Assembly (NCBI GenBank): GCA_022800525.1
Contig: JAAWQM010000007.1
Location: 2,917 to 66,916 of the forward strand
Origin: Oscillospiraceae bacterium
Lineage (GTDB): Bacteria; Bacillota; Clostridia; Oscillospirales; Oscillospiraceae
Direction: 5' to 3'
DNA length: 64,000 nucleotides
Part shown: positions 53,808 to 63,339 of the stretch, piece by piece
Numbering within the stretch: position 1 is the stretch's first letter
How the letters are laid out: the number at the start of each line of letters is the position of its first letter
Position numbers and translations under genes: made by a program
The notes under the pieces: model-generated
Told to the model about the DNA's origin: nothing
Database searches by the model: none
What the model saw: only the letters and a program-made list of their open reading frames with translations

Positions 53808-55790
53808 ATGGAACGATACATAGGAAAGATGCTGGATAACCGTTATGAGGTCCTGGAGGTTATTGGCACCGGCGGGATGGCGGTGGTATTCAAGGCGAAG
53901 TGCCACCGGCTCAACCGGCTGGTCGCCATTAAGATGCTGAAAAAGGATCTCAGCGAAGACGCGGAGTTCCGCCGCCGGTTTCACGACGAATCCCAGGCCG
54001 TCGCCATGCTCTCCCACCCCAACATCATGGCTGTGTACGACGTGAGCCGGGGAGGCGATATGGACTATATCGTCATGGAGCTGATCGACGGCATCACCCT
54101 GAAGCAGTATGTGGAGCGGCGCGGGAAGCTGAACTGGCCGGAGGCCCTGCACTTCATCACCCAGATCATGAAGGGCCTCAGCCATGCCCACAGCCGGGGC
54201 ATCATCCACCGGGACATCAAGCCGCAGAATATCATGATCCTGCGGGACGGGACGGTGAAGGTGACCGACTTCGGCATCGCCTGCCTCTCCAACGGGTCCA
54301 ATCCCTCCAACGAGGCCATTGGCTCCGTCCACTATATCTCACCGGAGCAGGCCAAGGGGGATTATACCGACAACCGCAGCGATATCTACTCCGCCGGTGT
54401 TGTCCTGTATGAGATGCTGACCAGCCGGCTGCCTTTTGAGGGGGCGGACCCGGTGTCGGTGGCCATCCAGCATTTCAGCGCGGTGCCCCTCAGTCCCCGG
54501 GAATTGAATCCTGACATCCCGGAGGCTCTGGAGCAGATCTGCATCAAAGCCATGGCCCCGGACCGGAACAAGCGGTACTCCACCGCCGACGAAATGCTTC
54601 AGGACCTGGACGCCTTCCGGAAGGACCCCAGCGTCAACTTCGACTACTCGCTGGAGGACCTGCGGCCGGAGCAGAAGAGCGGGGAAGACGAGCCCACACA
54701 ACACATTCCCAACATGGGGGTGACCAGAACGAAACAGACGCACTATAATCCGCCGCCTCGCAGCGACGAGGACGATTTTGAATATGAGAAGCCAAAGAGC
54801 AACTGGTGGAAGATTTTGATTATGATCGTCATTGTTGCCGCTGCGGGTTACTTTGGCGTGACCAGATTGTACCAGGGGATTATGGACAGCTTTACTCCGG
54901 TGGAAATACCGGAGTACACGGTGCCCAGCGTCATCGGCAAAACCGTGGAGGAAGCGCAGGCCATGCAGGCGGTGTCCGGGAGCTTTGAGATCATCGTGGA
55001 TGAGCAGAACGGGGATTTCAGCACAGAGTATGCGGAGGGTCAGATCATCCACCAGACGCCGGAGGCGGAGAAAAAGGGGAAAAACGCCAACGGCGACCTC
55101 ATCCCAATCACTGTGACGCTGAGTCTTGGCGCACGGTCCGGCGAAATGCTCAACCTGATTGGTGATGACGCCCGGGACGCCAAGCTGAGGCTGGAGCAGA
55201 CCAAGGGGCTCAGCGAGCTGCATCTGAACGTGGTCATCTCCGAGGAGGAGGAGTACCACGAGAAGATTGAAGCGGGCCATGTGATCCGTACCGATCCCGC
55301 CGCCGGGACGGCCCTCAGCGACGGGGATGACATCACCATCACCGTCAGCAAAGGACCTGAGCCCAAGTATTCCACGATGAGCTATTTTGTGGGACAAACG
55401 GTGGAGGAGGTCCAGGCGGCAATGGACAAGCTGAATCTGATTGCCGAGTTTCAGAAGGTAGAGAGCTCCAAGCCGGAGGGAACGGTTCTCTCCCAGAGCG
55501 TCAATACCGCTGAAGAGGTGCTCCAGGGCAGCACGGTCAAGTTCACCTACAGCGACGGGGAGCAGCTGCTCTCTCTGCCTGTGATGTTCACCACGCCTGT
55601 CAGCGAGGAGGGCGTGGATGTTCACGTACAAATCTTCCTGGACAACGAAATTGTCTTTGACGCCATGCTCCCTGGCGAATATACCCTGGAAGAGACGATC
55701 AAGGCCAAGGCCGGAAGCTATCAGCTGCGTATCTTTGCCAACGACCAGAAATGGCGTGACGAGATCGTCACCTTCAGCGCCGGTGAGTAG
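53808..55790 (+). CDS. prkC: Ser/Thr protein kinase PrkC with PASTA repeats
   Basis: GTGGMAVVFKA, HRDIKPQN, DFGIA kinase motifs, one TM, then three PASTA-like repeats. A TTG at 53802 is an alternative start. Confidence 0.93.
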   Translation: MERYIGKMLDNRYEVLEVIGTGGMAVVFKAKCHRLNRLVAIKMLKKDLSEDAEFRRRFHDESQAVAMLSHPNIMAVYDVSRGGDMDYIVMELIDGITLKQYVERRGKLNWPEALHFITQIMKGLSHAHSRGIIHRDIKPQNIMILRDGTVKVTDFGIACLSNGSNPSNEAIGSVHYISPEQAKGDYTDNRSDIYSAGVVLYEMLTSRLPFEGADPVSVAIQHFSAVPLSPRELNPDIPEALEQICIKAMAPDRNKRYSTADEMLQDLDAFRKDPSVNFDYSLEDLRPEQKSGEDEPTQHIPNMGVTRTKQTHYNPPPRSDEDDFEYEKPKSNWWKILIMIVIVAAAGYFGVTRLYQGIMDSFTPVEIPEYTVPSVIGKTVEEAQAMQAVSGSFEIIVDEQNGDFSTEYAEGQIIHQTPEAEKKGKNANGDLIPITVTLSLGARSGEMLNLIGDDARDAKLRLEQTKGLSELHLNVVISEEEEYHEKIEAGHVIRTDPAAGTALSDGDDITITVSKGPEPKYSTMSYFVGQTVEEVQAAMDKLNLIAEFQKVESSKPEGTVLSQSVNTAEEVLQGSTVKFTYSDGEQLLSLPVMFTTPVSEEGVDVHVQIFLDNEIVFDAMLPGEYTLEETIKAKAGSYQLRIFANDQKWRDEIVTFSAGE

Positions 55791-56673
55791 GGGCAGGATC
55801 AGAAAAGCCCTCAGCGGCTTCTACTATGTGGACGTGGACGGTGAGACCGTCACCTGCCGCGCCCGGGGGAAGTTCCGTCAGGAGGGCCGCAGTCCCTTGG
55901 TAGGGGACTGGGTGGAGGTCAGGGAGACCGGACCGGGAGAAGGCATGGTCTGGGAGATTGAGCCCCGGCGTACCGTTTTTGACCGTCCGGCGGTGGCCAA
56001 TATCGATCAGCTGGTGGTGGCAGCGTCCCAGGCCATCCCGGTGACGGACCCGCTTCTGATCGACCGCGTGTCCGCCATTGCCGCTTTGAAAAACTGCGGC
56101 GTGTTGGTATGCGTCAACAAGTGCGACCTGAAACCGGGGGATGGGCTGGCGGAAATTTACCGTGCCGCTGGGTTCCCTACGGTCTGCACCAGCGCGGAGA
56201 CCGGCGAGGGGATTGCGGAGCTGACCGAACTGCTGCGGGGCAAACTGTCCGCTTTTACTGGGAATTCCGGCGTGGGGAAGTCCAGCCTGCTGAATGCCAT
56301 TGAGCCGGGGTTTTCTCTCCGCATAGCGGAGGTCAGCGAGAAGCTGGGGAGGGGGAAGCATACCACCCGGCATGTGGAGCTGTACCGCCTCAGCTGTGGA
56401 GGCGAGGTCATTGATACGCCGGGATTCAGCTCCTTTGACGCGCAGGAGCTGGACCTGGAATTGAAGGAGCATCTGGCGGAATCCTTTATTGAGTTCCGTC
56501 CCTATCTTGAGGACTGCCGGTTTGTGGGGTGTTCCCACACAAAAGAGAAGGGCTGCGCGGTGCTGAAGGCAGTGAAGGAGGGGGCTATCCCCAAGAGCCG
56601 CCACCAGAGCTACGTCAGACTTTATCAGGAGTTGAAGGACCTGCGGACATGGAACAGCCGTGGAAGCCGGTAG
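55783..56673 (+). CDS. rsgA: ribosome small-subunit-dependent GTPase RsgA
   Basis: GTG 55783 overlapping the prkC stop. GRIRKALSGFYYV start, NKCDL, GNSGVGKSSL, C-terminal zinc motif CRFVGCSHTKEKGC. Confidence 0.92.
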   Translation: MSRGRIRKALSGFYYVDVDGETVTCRARGKFRQEGRSPLVGDWVEVRETGPGEGMVWEIEPRRTVFDRPAVANIDQLVVAASQAIPVTDPLLIDRVSAIAALKNCGVLVCVNKCDLKPGDGLAEIYRAAGFPTVCTSAETGEGIAELTELLRGKLSAFTGNSGVGKSSLLNAIEPGFSLRIAEVSEKLGRGKHTTRHVELYRLSCGGEVIDTPGFSSFDAQELDLELKEHLAESFIEFRPYLEDCRFVGCSHTKEKGCAVLKAVKEGAIPKSRHQSYVRLYQELKDLRTWNSRGSR

Positions 56674-56674
56674 G

Positions 56675-56702
56675 AGGCCGGGACTGAGTTCCCGGCCTTT
56701 TT
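56675..56702 (+). terminator. rho-independent terminator of rsgA
   Basis: AGGCCGGGA-CTGAGT-TCCCGGCCT followed by TTTTT. Confidence 0.8.
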
Positions 56703-56775
56703 GCGTTCGCAGGCGGCCCAGAGCGCTGCGCAGGATCATCAATCTTTCAGATCGCAGCGCGAATAAAAACATAAC

Positions 56776-56935
56776 ATGAAGTATCGCCCAAAGGGCGATG
56801 CTTCAGGAGGTCCCGGCGGATTTTGGTCCCTTTTGCCGCGGAGCAAAGGGGTCCGGGGCGCGGAGCCCTGGGCTGGCGAATCGAAGCGGCTCCCTCTTGC
56901 CGCCGGAGGCGGGAGACCTCCGCACCCTCCAGTCA
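56776..56935. repeat. cluster of GC-rich hairpins (related in style to 32521-32660)
   Basis: ATCGCCC-AAA-GGGCGAT, GGTCCCTTTTGC-CGCGGA-GCAAAGGGGTCC, GGAGCC..GGCTCC, GGAGG-CGGGAGA-CCTCC. Confidence 0.5.
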
Positions 56936-56983
56936 CCCCCGTGTATATAATGAAGTAGACCAGGAAACAAGGAGGCGATACCA

Positions 56984-57127
56984 ATGAGACGCTGCCGCTG
57001 GATGGGGATCTTTGCTGTTGCTCTGGGTTCCGGCATTCTGATTGCGGTCATTTTTCCTACCGGATTTCTCCTGTTTCTTGTGGCGTTTCTGCTGATCGGC
57101 TGCGGCTGCGGCTGTATGCGCAGGTAG
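56984..57127 (+). CDS. 47-aa hydrophobic micro-protein with C-terminal GCGCGC motif
   Basis: AAGGAGG RBS 7 nt upstream of ATG 56984. Sequence MRRCRWMGIFAVALGSGILIAVIFPTGFLLFLVAFLLIGCGCGCMRR. Below the ORF-track length cutoff. Confidence 0.45.
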   Translation: MRRCRWMGIFAVALGSGILIAVIFPTGFLLFLVAFLLIGCGCGCMRR

Positions 57128-57142
57128 AGAAAGGAGGAACAT

Positions 57143-57217
57143 ATGAAGATCGTCGTCATCAAATCCCCCAAGTTTCTGGGCGGCATTTTGAAAAAAATCT
57201 TTAAGATGAAGGAATAA
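57143..57217 (+). CDS. 24-aa amphipathic micro-ORF
   Basis: AAAGGAGGAAC RBS 5 nt upstream of ATG 57143. Sequence MKIVVIKSPKFLGGILKKIFKMKE. Confidence 0.4.
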   Translation: MKIVVIKSPKFLGGILKKIFKMKE

Positions 57218-57283
57218 TCCCAGGCGTCCTCCTCATACACTGAAGCAAGTAAGGCCGCCATACGCCAAAGGAGGACGCCGAAT

Positions 57284-58819
57284 ATGGAATTGAACTTACA
57301 AAAAGCCACCCACGAATACTATGAGACCCTCCGCTTTGCTCCCTTTCCCTGTGAGACCATGCGGGAGAATATTGTGCCGGACAGCTGCGGCGACATCGCC
57401 CGGATCGTGGACACCACGGGAACGGTGTGCCTCACCGGCCGGGAGCTGACCGGGGACGGCCGCTTCTGCGCCAGCGGCAGCGTGGAGGCGTCAGTGCTCT
57501 ACATACCGGAAAAGGAGGAGGGTCCCCGGGCCCTGCATTTCCAGATCCCTTTCCAGTGCTACGGGGAGGGGCAGGGGGACGCCTCCTGCGAGAACCTGGA
57601 CATCCGGGGTGAGCTCCACAGCATCGACACCCGGGTTCTGAACCCGCGAAAGGTTCTGACAAGAGCCAATCTGACTCTGTATCCCACCGGCTGCCGCCAT
57701 GTGTCCCTCTCCGTCTGCACGGGCGTAGAGGATGAATCCAACGACGGTATCCAGTTGCTGCGGGAGCAGAAACAGACCCGTGTGGCGGCAGGAGTGAAAG
57801 AAAAGGAATTTACCTTTACAGAGGAACTGCCCCTGTCCCCGGGACGGGGTGGGGCGGAGGAAATTCTGTCCACACGGGTGGACGTGCGGGGGACGGACAG
57901 CAAGCTCATTGGCAGCAAGCTGGTGGTAAAGGGGCTGATTGCCGCGACAGTGCTGTACCGTGAGGGCGGCGGACGGCTGTCCTTGCTCCAGCAGGAGCTG
58001 CCCTTCTCCCAGATTCTGGAGGGGGGCGGTTTCGAGGAGGAGTGCGAGAGCGAGGCGGCCTACCGCCTGCTCAGCGCGGAATGCCGCGCAGGCACGGAGA
58101 GCGCACCGGATGACGCCTGCACACTGACGCTGTCGGTATCCCTGCGCACCCGCGTCACCGTGTGGCGGAAGCTGGAGGTTGCGTTTATCTCAGACCTCTA
58201 CAGTACTGCCGCGCCGGTGAACTGTCAGATGGAGGAGTTGTCTCTCAGCGAGGACAGCCAGCAGAGCATCCGCCGGCAGAACGTCCGGGAGCTGCTGGAA
58301 ACCGGCGTGGCTGTGAAGTCGGTGGTGGATACGGATATATCCTGCGGCGCGGCTTCACTCTCCGGCGGAGAGTGGAGGATCCCTGTGTGTGCCAGATGTC
58401 TATATATAGACGAGAACAACCTGCTGGGCAGCGTACACCGGGAGTTTTCCGTCAGCATCCCGGCTGAGCTGGAGGGCGACGGGATGGAATGCACTGCTGA
58501 GGCCGTCTGTCACGGAGATGTGATTGCCAACATCATGCCGGAGGGAATTGAGCTGCGTTTCCCTGTCGAGTGTACGGTTTCTGCGTCCAGCCGCCGCCGG
58601 TATCTCTGCGTCAGCGGCGGCGAGAGATCGGAGGAGCCGCAGGAGAAGGAGCCCGCTCCATCGCTGATTCTGCGGAAGATGGGACCGGGGGAGACGTTGT
58701 GGTCCATTGCGAAGCAGTACCGCGCGACCAGAGAGGGGATCCTTTCTGTGAATGAACTGACAGAGGAGAGTCAGATCACCCCTGACAAGCTGCTGCTGAT
58801 TCCACGAGCCAGAGGATGA
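57284..58819 (+). CDS. DUF3794 (SPOCS)-domain protein with C-terminal LysM
   Basis: 511 aa with repeated DUF3794-like modules. C-terminal LysM: ILRKMGPGETLWSIAKQYRATREGILSVNEL. Confidence 0.75.
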   Translation: MELNLQKATHEYYETLRFAPFPCETMRENIVPDSCGDIARIVDTTGTVCLTGRELTGDGRFCASGSVEASVLYIPEKEEGPRALHFQIPFQCYGEGQGDASCENLDIRGELHSIDTRVLNPRKVLTRANLTLYPTGCRHVSLSVCTGVEDESNDGIQLLREQKQTRVAAGVKEKEFTFTEELPLSPGRGGAEEILSTRVDVRGTDSKLIGSKLVVKGLIAATVLYREGGGRLSLLQQELPFSQILEGGGFEEECESEAAYRLLSAECRAGTESAPDDACTLTLSVSLRTRVTVWRKLEVAFISDLYSTAAPVNCQMEELSLSEDSQQSIRRQNVRELLETGVAVKSVVDTDISCGAASLSGGEWRIPVCARCLYIDENNLLGSVHREFSVSIPAELEGDGMECTAEAVCHGDVIANIMPEGIELRFPVECTVSASSRRRYLCVSGGERSEEPQEKEPAPSLILRKMGPGETLWSIAKQYRATREGILSVNELTEESQITPDKLLLIPRARG

Positions 58820-58824
58820 ATATT

Positions 58825-58864
58825 GGGAGGTCTGGCCGGGTGGCCGGACCTCCCGATATTTTTT
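58825..58864 (+). terminator. rho-independent terminator
   Basis: GGGAGGTCTGGCC-GGGT-GGCCGGACCTCCC followed by a T-run. Confidence 0.75.
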
Positions 58865-58946
58865 GACGGGCCGACAAAATAAGCGCGATTCTGTCGCCTG
58901 GACATGATAAAGTGTGTAGGAATGTGTGCAAAGAGGAGGAATGAAT

Positions 58947-59915
58947 ATGGAATGGGCAATGCTGGGGATGATCTTCCTGGCGGGAATCATCCTGATTGTG
59001 AAGGGTGGAGACTGGTTTGTAGACGCGGCCTCCTGGATTGCGGAGGTCAGCGGCATCCCGAAGCTGATTGTCGGCGCAACCATCGTCAGTCTGGCGACCA
59101 CGCTGCCGGAGCTGCTGGTATCCGCCATGGCAGCCAGCCAGGGGAAGGTGGACATGGCGGTGGGCAACGCCGTGGGCAGCGTCACCGCAAACCTGGGCCT
59201 CATCATGGCGGTCTCCATCATCTGTATGCCGGTGGCGATACGGCGGGGGGATTACCTGGTGAAATCGCTGCTGATGCTGGCTGCGGCGGGCGTTCTGGCC
59301 TGGGGCGGCTGGAAAGGGGAGGTGGGGCTGTCCCTGTCTCTGCCGCTGATGGGGATATTCGCGCTGTTTACATACGAAAACCTGCACTCCGCACGGCGGG
59401 CCATGCGGTTCATCGGACCGGGGGATGTTGGGCCGTTGTGTACGGCGGCGCCCCGGAGGAGAGCCGTCCTCTTCCAGTGCGTCAAGTTCTCCGCCGGCGC
59501 GATTGCGGTGGTGATCGGCGCGGACCTGCTGGTGGACAGCAGCAGCGCCATGGCAAGGCTGGCAGGCGTCTCAGAGCGGATCATCGGCGTGACCATCGTA
59601 GCCGTCGGGACGTCCCTGCCGGAGCTGGTCACAACCATTACCGCCATTGCCAAGCGGCAGTCCGCGCTGTCTGTAGGGAATATCCTGGGAGCAAACATCC
59701 TGGATCTGACGCTGATTCTGCCGCTCAGCGCATTGATCTCCCGGCAGCCGCTGCCTGTCCCGGCAGCTTCAGCGGCGATTGACCTGCCCGCCTGCCTGCT
59801 GGTGGGAATCATCGCGGCCGTCCCAGCGATGGTCACTGCAAGGTTTCAAAGGTGGCAGGGGATCGCTTTGTTAGCAGTCTACGCCGGGTATCTCTGGATA
59901 ACCTGCGGGATATAA
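58947..59915 (+). CDS. Ca2+/Na+ antiporter (CaCA/YrbG family)
   Basis: Two alpha-repeats: GATIVSLATTLPEL and GVTIVAVGTSLPEL. ATG 58947 lies 6 nt after AGGAGGA. Confidence 0.88.
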   Translation: MEWAMLGMIFLAGIILIVKGGDWFVDAASWIAEVSGIPKLIVGATIVSLATTLPELLVSAMAASQGKVDMAVGNAVGSVTANLGLIMAVSIICMPVAIRRGDYLVKSLLMLAAAGVLAWGGWKGEVGLSLSLPLMGIFALFTYENLHSARRAMRFIGPGDVGPLCTAAPRRRAVLFQCVKFSAGAIAVVIGADLLVDSSSAMARLAGVSERIIGVTIVAVGTSLPELVTTITAIAKRQSALSVGNILGANILDLTLILPLSALISRQPLPVPAASAAIDLPACLLVGIIAAVPAMVTARFQRWQGIALLAVYAGYLWITCGI

Positions 59916-59928
59916 ACAGATACATCAG

Positions 59929-59960
59929 AAAGACGCAGTTTGGCCCTGCGTCTTTTTTTT
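59929..59960 (+). terminator. rho-independent terminator
   Basis: AAAGACGCAG-loop-CTGCGTCTTTTTTTT. Confidence 0.8.
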
Positions 59961-59970
59961 GCAAATCAGG

Positions 59971-60008
59971 TTGACAATGTAGACCAAATGTGATATGATA
60001 GGTCTACA
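59971..60008 (+). promoter_or_regulatory. promoter with overlapping BlaI-type TGTA/TACA operator
   Basis: TTGACA 59971-59976, 17-nt spacer, TATGAT 59994-59999. Inverted repeat TGTAGACC (59978-59985) / GGTCTACA (60001-60008) brackets the -10. Confidence 0.65.
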
Positions 60009-60040
60009 ATTTAAACCAACAAAAATTGAGGTGGGTTAAC

Positions 60041-60226
60041 ATGAAACATATTGCACTGATGATTGCTGGATTGGTTGTTGGGGGTATTCTTCTCATATTT
60101 GCCGCAATATGCCCGCTAATGCCAGCAATTCCTGGAGTAATGTGGAGAACATTCATTGGTCTGCCTGGCTGCTTATCGCTTGCTTTATGCATCAGCAATA
60201 TAAGAACTCAAAGGAGGTTGAAGTAA
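60041..60226 (+). CDS. 61-aa two-TM membrane protein, first gene of the blaI/blaR operon
   Basis: GAGGTGG RBS. MKHIALMIAGLVVGGILLIFAAICPLMPAIPGV.... TAATG overlap with blaI. Local GC is visibly lower than the surroundings. Confidence 0.5.
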   Translation: MKHIALMIAGLVVGGILLIFAAICPLMPAIPGVMWRTFIGLPGCLSLALCISNIRTQRRLK

Positions 60227-60615
60227 TGATGACACCTGTGAAACTGACTGCCAGTGAATGGAACGTCTTGGAGTGCTTATGGGAAAAAAGCCCTCAGACA
60301 GTCATGCAGCTGGTGGCCCGCCTGGGGGAGAAGGTAGGCTGGGCCAAGAGCACCACCATCACGACCCTGCGCCGCATGGAGGAAAAGGGGCTGGTGGACT
60401 GCCGGATTATTGGCAAGGGGAAATCCTATACAGCGGCTGTGGAACAGGAGGAGGCGACGATTCAGGAGACGAGGGGCTTTCTGGACCGGGTCTACCGGGG
60501 AAGTATCGGACTGATGATGAGCGCGATGGCTCAACGTCAGGAGCTGAGCAGGGAGGATATCGCAGAGCTGCGTGAGATTCTGCGGAAGGCGGAAGAGGGG
60601 AGGGAGCAGTCATGA
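60226..60615 (+). CDS. blaI: BlaI/MecI/CopY-family penicillinase-type repressor
   Basis: 129 aa. LTASEWNVLECLWEKSPQTVMQLV...WAKSTTITTLRRMEEKGLV winged helix. Confidence 0.88.
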   Translation: MMTPVKLTASEWNVLECLWEKSPQTVMQLVARLGEKVGWAKSTTITTLRRMEEKGLVDCRIIGKGKSYTAAVEQEEATIQETRGFLDRVYRGSIGLMMSAMAQRQELSREDIAELREILRKAEEGREQS

Positions 60616-63174
60616 TAGAATGGATCATTTCGTCCAGCCTGTTGATCCTGGTGGTGCTGGTCCTGCGTGCCGCGATGGGGAAGCGGATCAGCGCGGGGCT
60701 GCGGTATGGCCTGTGGGCGGTGGTGCTGGTGAGACTGCTGGTGCCGGTGTCGTTTTTGGCGGTAACAGTGCCGCAGCTGCCGGTATGGGAGCCGCCGGAG
60801 GCGATGCTGGAGAAGTCCATCTATATCCTACCCGTCGATTCCGCCCCAGCAGGGGAGGCCGGCATAGCAACTTGGGCGGACGGCTCAATCGTGGAGACTG
60901 ACTCCTTCGGCCACTCCCGCCTGGATGACAGCGGAAAGAAGGTCGTACGTTATGCGGACAGAATCAGCCCGCTGGAATTGCTGGGCTGGGTGTGGATTGC
61001 CGGGGCGGCGTCGCTGGGAACGGTACTTGCCGCATCCAACCTTCGGTTCATCATCCGTCTGCGGCGGGTGCGCAGACCTCTGGAGGGAACATCCGCGCCA
61101 ATCCCCGTATATGTTGCGGCAGGATTGCCGTCTCCATGCTTGATTGGCCTGCTGCATCCTGCTATATATGTGACGGAGGAAGCGGCGAATACTCCGGCCA
61201 TGCTGCGGCATGTGCTGGCCCACGAGCTGACCCACTACAACCACCTTGACCACCTGTGGAGCGTTTTGCGGGGGGCGGCGCTGGCGGTTCATTGGTGGAA
61301 TCCGCTGGTGTGGCTTGCGGTGGTATGCAGCCGCAGGGATGGGGAACTGGCCTGTGACGAGGGCGCGCTGGAACGGTTGGGCGACGGTGAGCGCAGCCTA
61401 CGGCGAGACCCTGCTTGCCTTGGTGACGGCAAAAGGCAGGCCGGGAGACCTGCTCAGCTTTGCTACCACCATGACCGGAGGGAAGCGCAGCCTGAAGGAG
61501 CGCATCCAGCGCATCGCCTGCCGGCCAAAGCGGCTGGTCAGCGCGATGATCGTCGTGGTCGCCGTGCTCGTGCTGTCGTCTGTCGTCGCCTTCGGACAGG
61601 CGACGGAGACGCCCGATCCTGAGACGGTGACTGACCCGGCGGAAAAAACGCCGCAGGGCATCCAGGCCGACTTGGACCACGACGGCCAGCCGGATACGCT
61701 GGAGATCCTGGAATTCCGGGAGGGAGAGCACACAAGCCGCTGGGAGCTGAGGTTTACAGCCTCTGATATGTCAGTCCCTGCCTGGACGGGGGAGGCGCTT
61801 ACGCCACATGTAGGCTGGACAGCCTTTTTCCTGTGCCGGATGGACGGGGAGGACTACCTGCTCCAATATACGCCATGGATGGGCGGCGGAAGCTGTGATT
61901 ACAGCTACAAGCTGTTCTATCTGACGGCCAGCGGCGAGGAAGTGGTTGTGCAGGAAAACTCCGTGGAATTTGACCTCATTTTTGATCCCGATTATGTGGC
62001 CCGGCACCAATATAATCCCCGGGCGATTAACACGTTTATGGAAGAGATCAACGCACTGCTGGAGAGCAGCGAACAGCTCTTGAATACGGACGAGAACCTG
62101 CTGGGGACCTTCGAGAAGGAGGGGCGGCTGTACGACAGCGTGTGGTGGATGGATGATGTACGGGACGAGAACAGGACTCTGCTGGAAAATCTGATACTCT
62201 ACCAGGACAAGGCGCTGGAGGAGTCCGGCGGTCAGGCGGCGGACCTGCCAGTTACCGTCGATCTGGATCATGACGGCAGACCGGATAAGATGGTCCTTCG
62301 CACCAGTCAGGATCCCCTGGGCTTCTCATATGACGGCACGATGTGGACGCTGGAATGCGATCTCAGCGGCGGTGGCGCCTGGGAAACCGAAGGCCAGCCC
62401 TCGCTTCCGGGCTGTAATGCGGTATTCCTCTATCAGATGGATGGGGAAGATTATCTGCTGCTGTATGTTCCCGAGTTCTGGCACGGAATGGGAACTTATG
62501 AATACCGGCTGTTCTATCTGGATGGCGGCAGGGAAGTGGTTGTTCAGGAGAATGCCGTGACGTTTGATGTCAAGTTTCATGAAGACTCCGTATTTGACCC
62601 CGAGGAAATCGCGGCCTTTATGGAAGAGATAAATGCTCTGCTGGCCGGCAGTACCCAGTTGGTGAACACGAACCTGTATTTGCAGGGGACCTTCGATAGC
62701 CATGGCCGTCTGTACGACGATCTGTACTGGCTGGATGATTGGAGGGAAGACGGTCTGTCCCTGTTGGAGGTCCTGCAAAATTACGGTACGTATTGCGGGG
62801 ACCACCCGGACGATGCCTGGTCGCCGCTGGCGGACCTGCTGCAAGATCTGACGGAGGCGGACATCCTGGCATTTAACGGAGATCAGTCCGCGCTTGTGGA
62901 CTTGCTGAAGGGAGCGGAGCGGGGGAGCCGGTTCTATACCTGGGAGAGCTATTCCGCTGCCTGTGATGGCCATGGTGTGGATGACTATAACGCCGGGCAA
63001 TGGGAACTCTCTATGGCGGACGGCTCCACGCTGTACCTGATTGCCAGCAGTCAAAGCGACAATGTACTCATAATCCTGGAGGCATCCCGCGAGACTGTCT
63101 CGGCTTTCTACAGTGTGCCAGAGCTGAACGAATGGATACGGAGCGAAGTGGAATCCCCTATGGTGGAAGATTGA
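60612..63174 (+). pseudogene. BlaR1/M56-family sensor-protease gene with an apparent +1 frameshift near 61390-61397
   Basis: Frame 1 (60612-) gives TM segments, HELTH zinc motif and ACDEGALERLGDGER. The conserved continuation AYGETLLALV... and a 590-aa ectodomain follow in the +1 frame (ORF 61246-63174). Confidence 0.7.
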
Positions 63175-63210
63175 ACAAAGCTAAAGTTTTGTTTAATTCT
63201 GTGATGGTAA

Positions 63211-63250
63211 AGAGACAGCCTGTCCCCCGGGAAGGGGACAGGCTGTCTCT
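63211..63250. terminator. hairpin between the convergent blaR1-like and pfp genes
   Basis: AGAGACAGCCTGTCCCC-CGGGAA-GGGGACAGGCTGTCTCT. Confidence 0.65.
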
Positions 63251-63266
63251 TCTGGACGGTGACAGG

Positions 63267-63337
63267 CTGGGCTTCGCCCAAACCCACCAGAGGCTTTGCC
63301 TCTGGACTCCACCAGGGGACCGTGTCCCCTGGACCCG
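63267..63337 (+). repeat. modular multi-hairpin repeat, partial copy D
   Basis: CTGGGCTTCGCCCAAACCCACCAGAGGCTTTGCCTCTGGACTCCACCAGGGGACCGTGTCCCCTGGACCCGAC. It combines the CCAGAGG and CCAGGGG hairpin variants and lacks the GAAACTTTT end. Confidence 0.7.
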
Positions 63338-63339
63338 AC

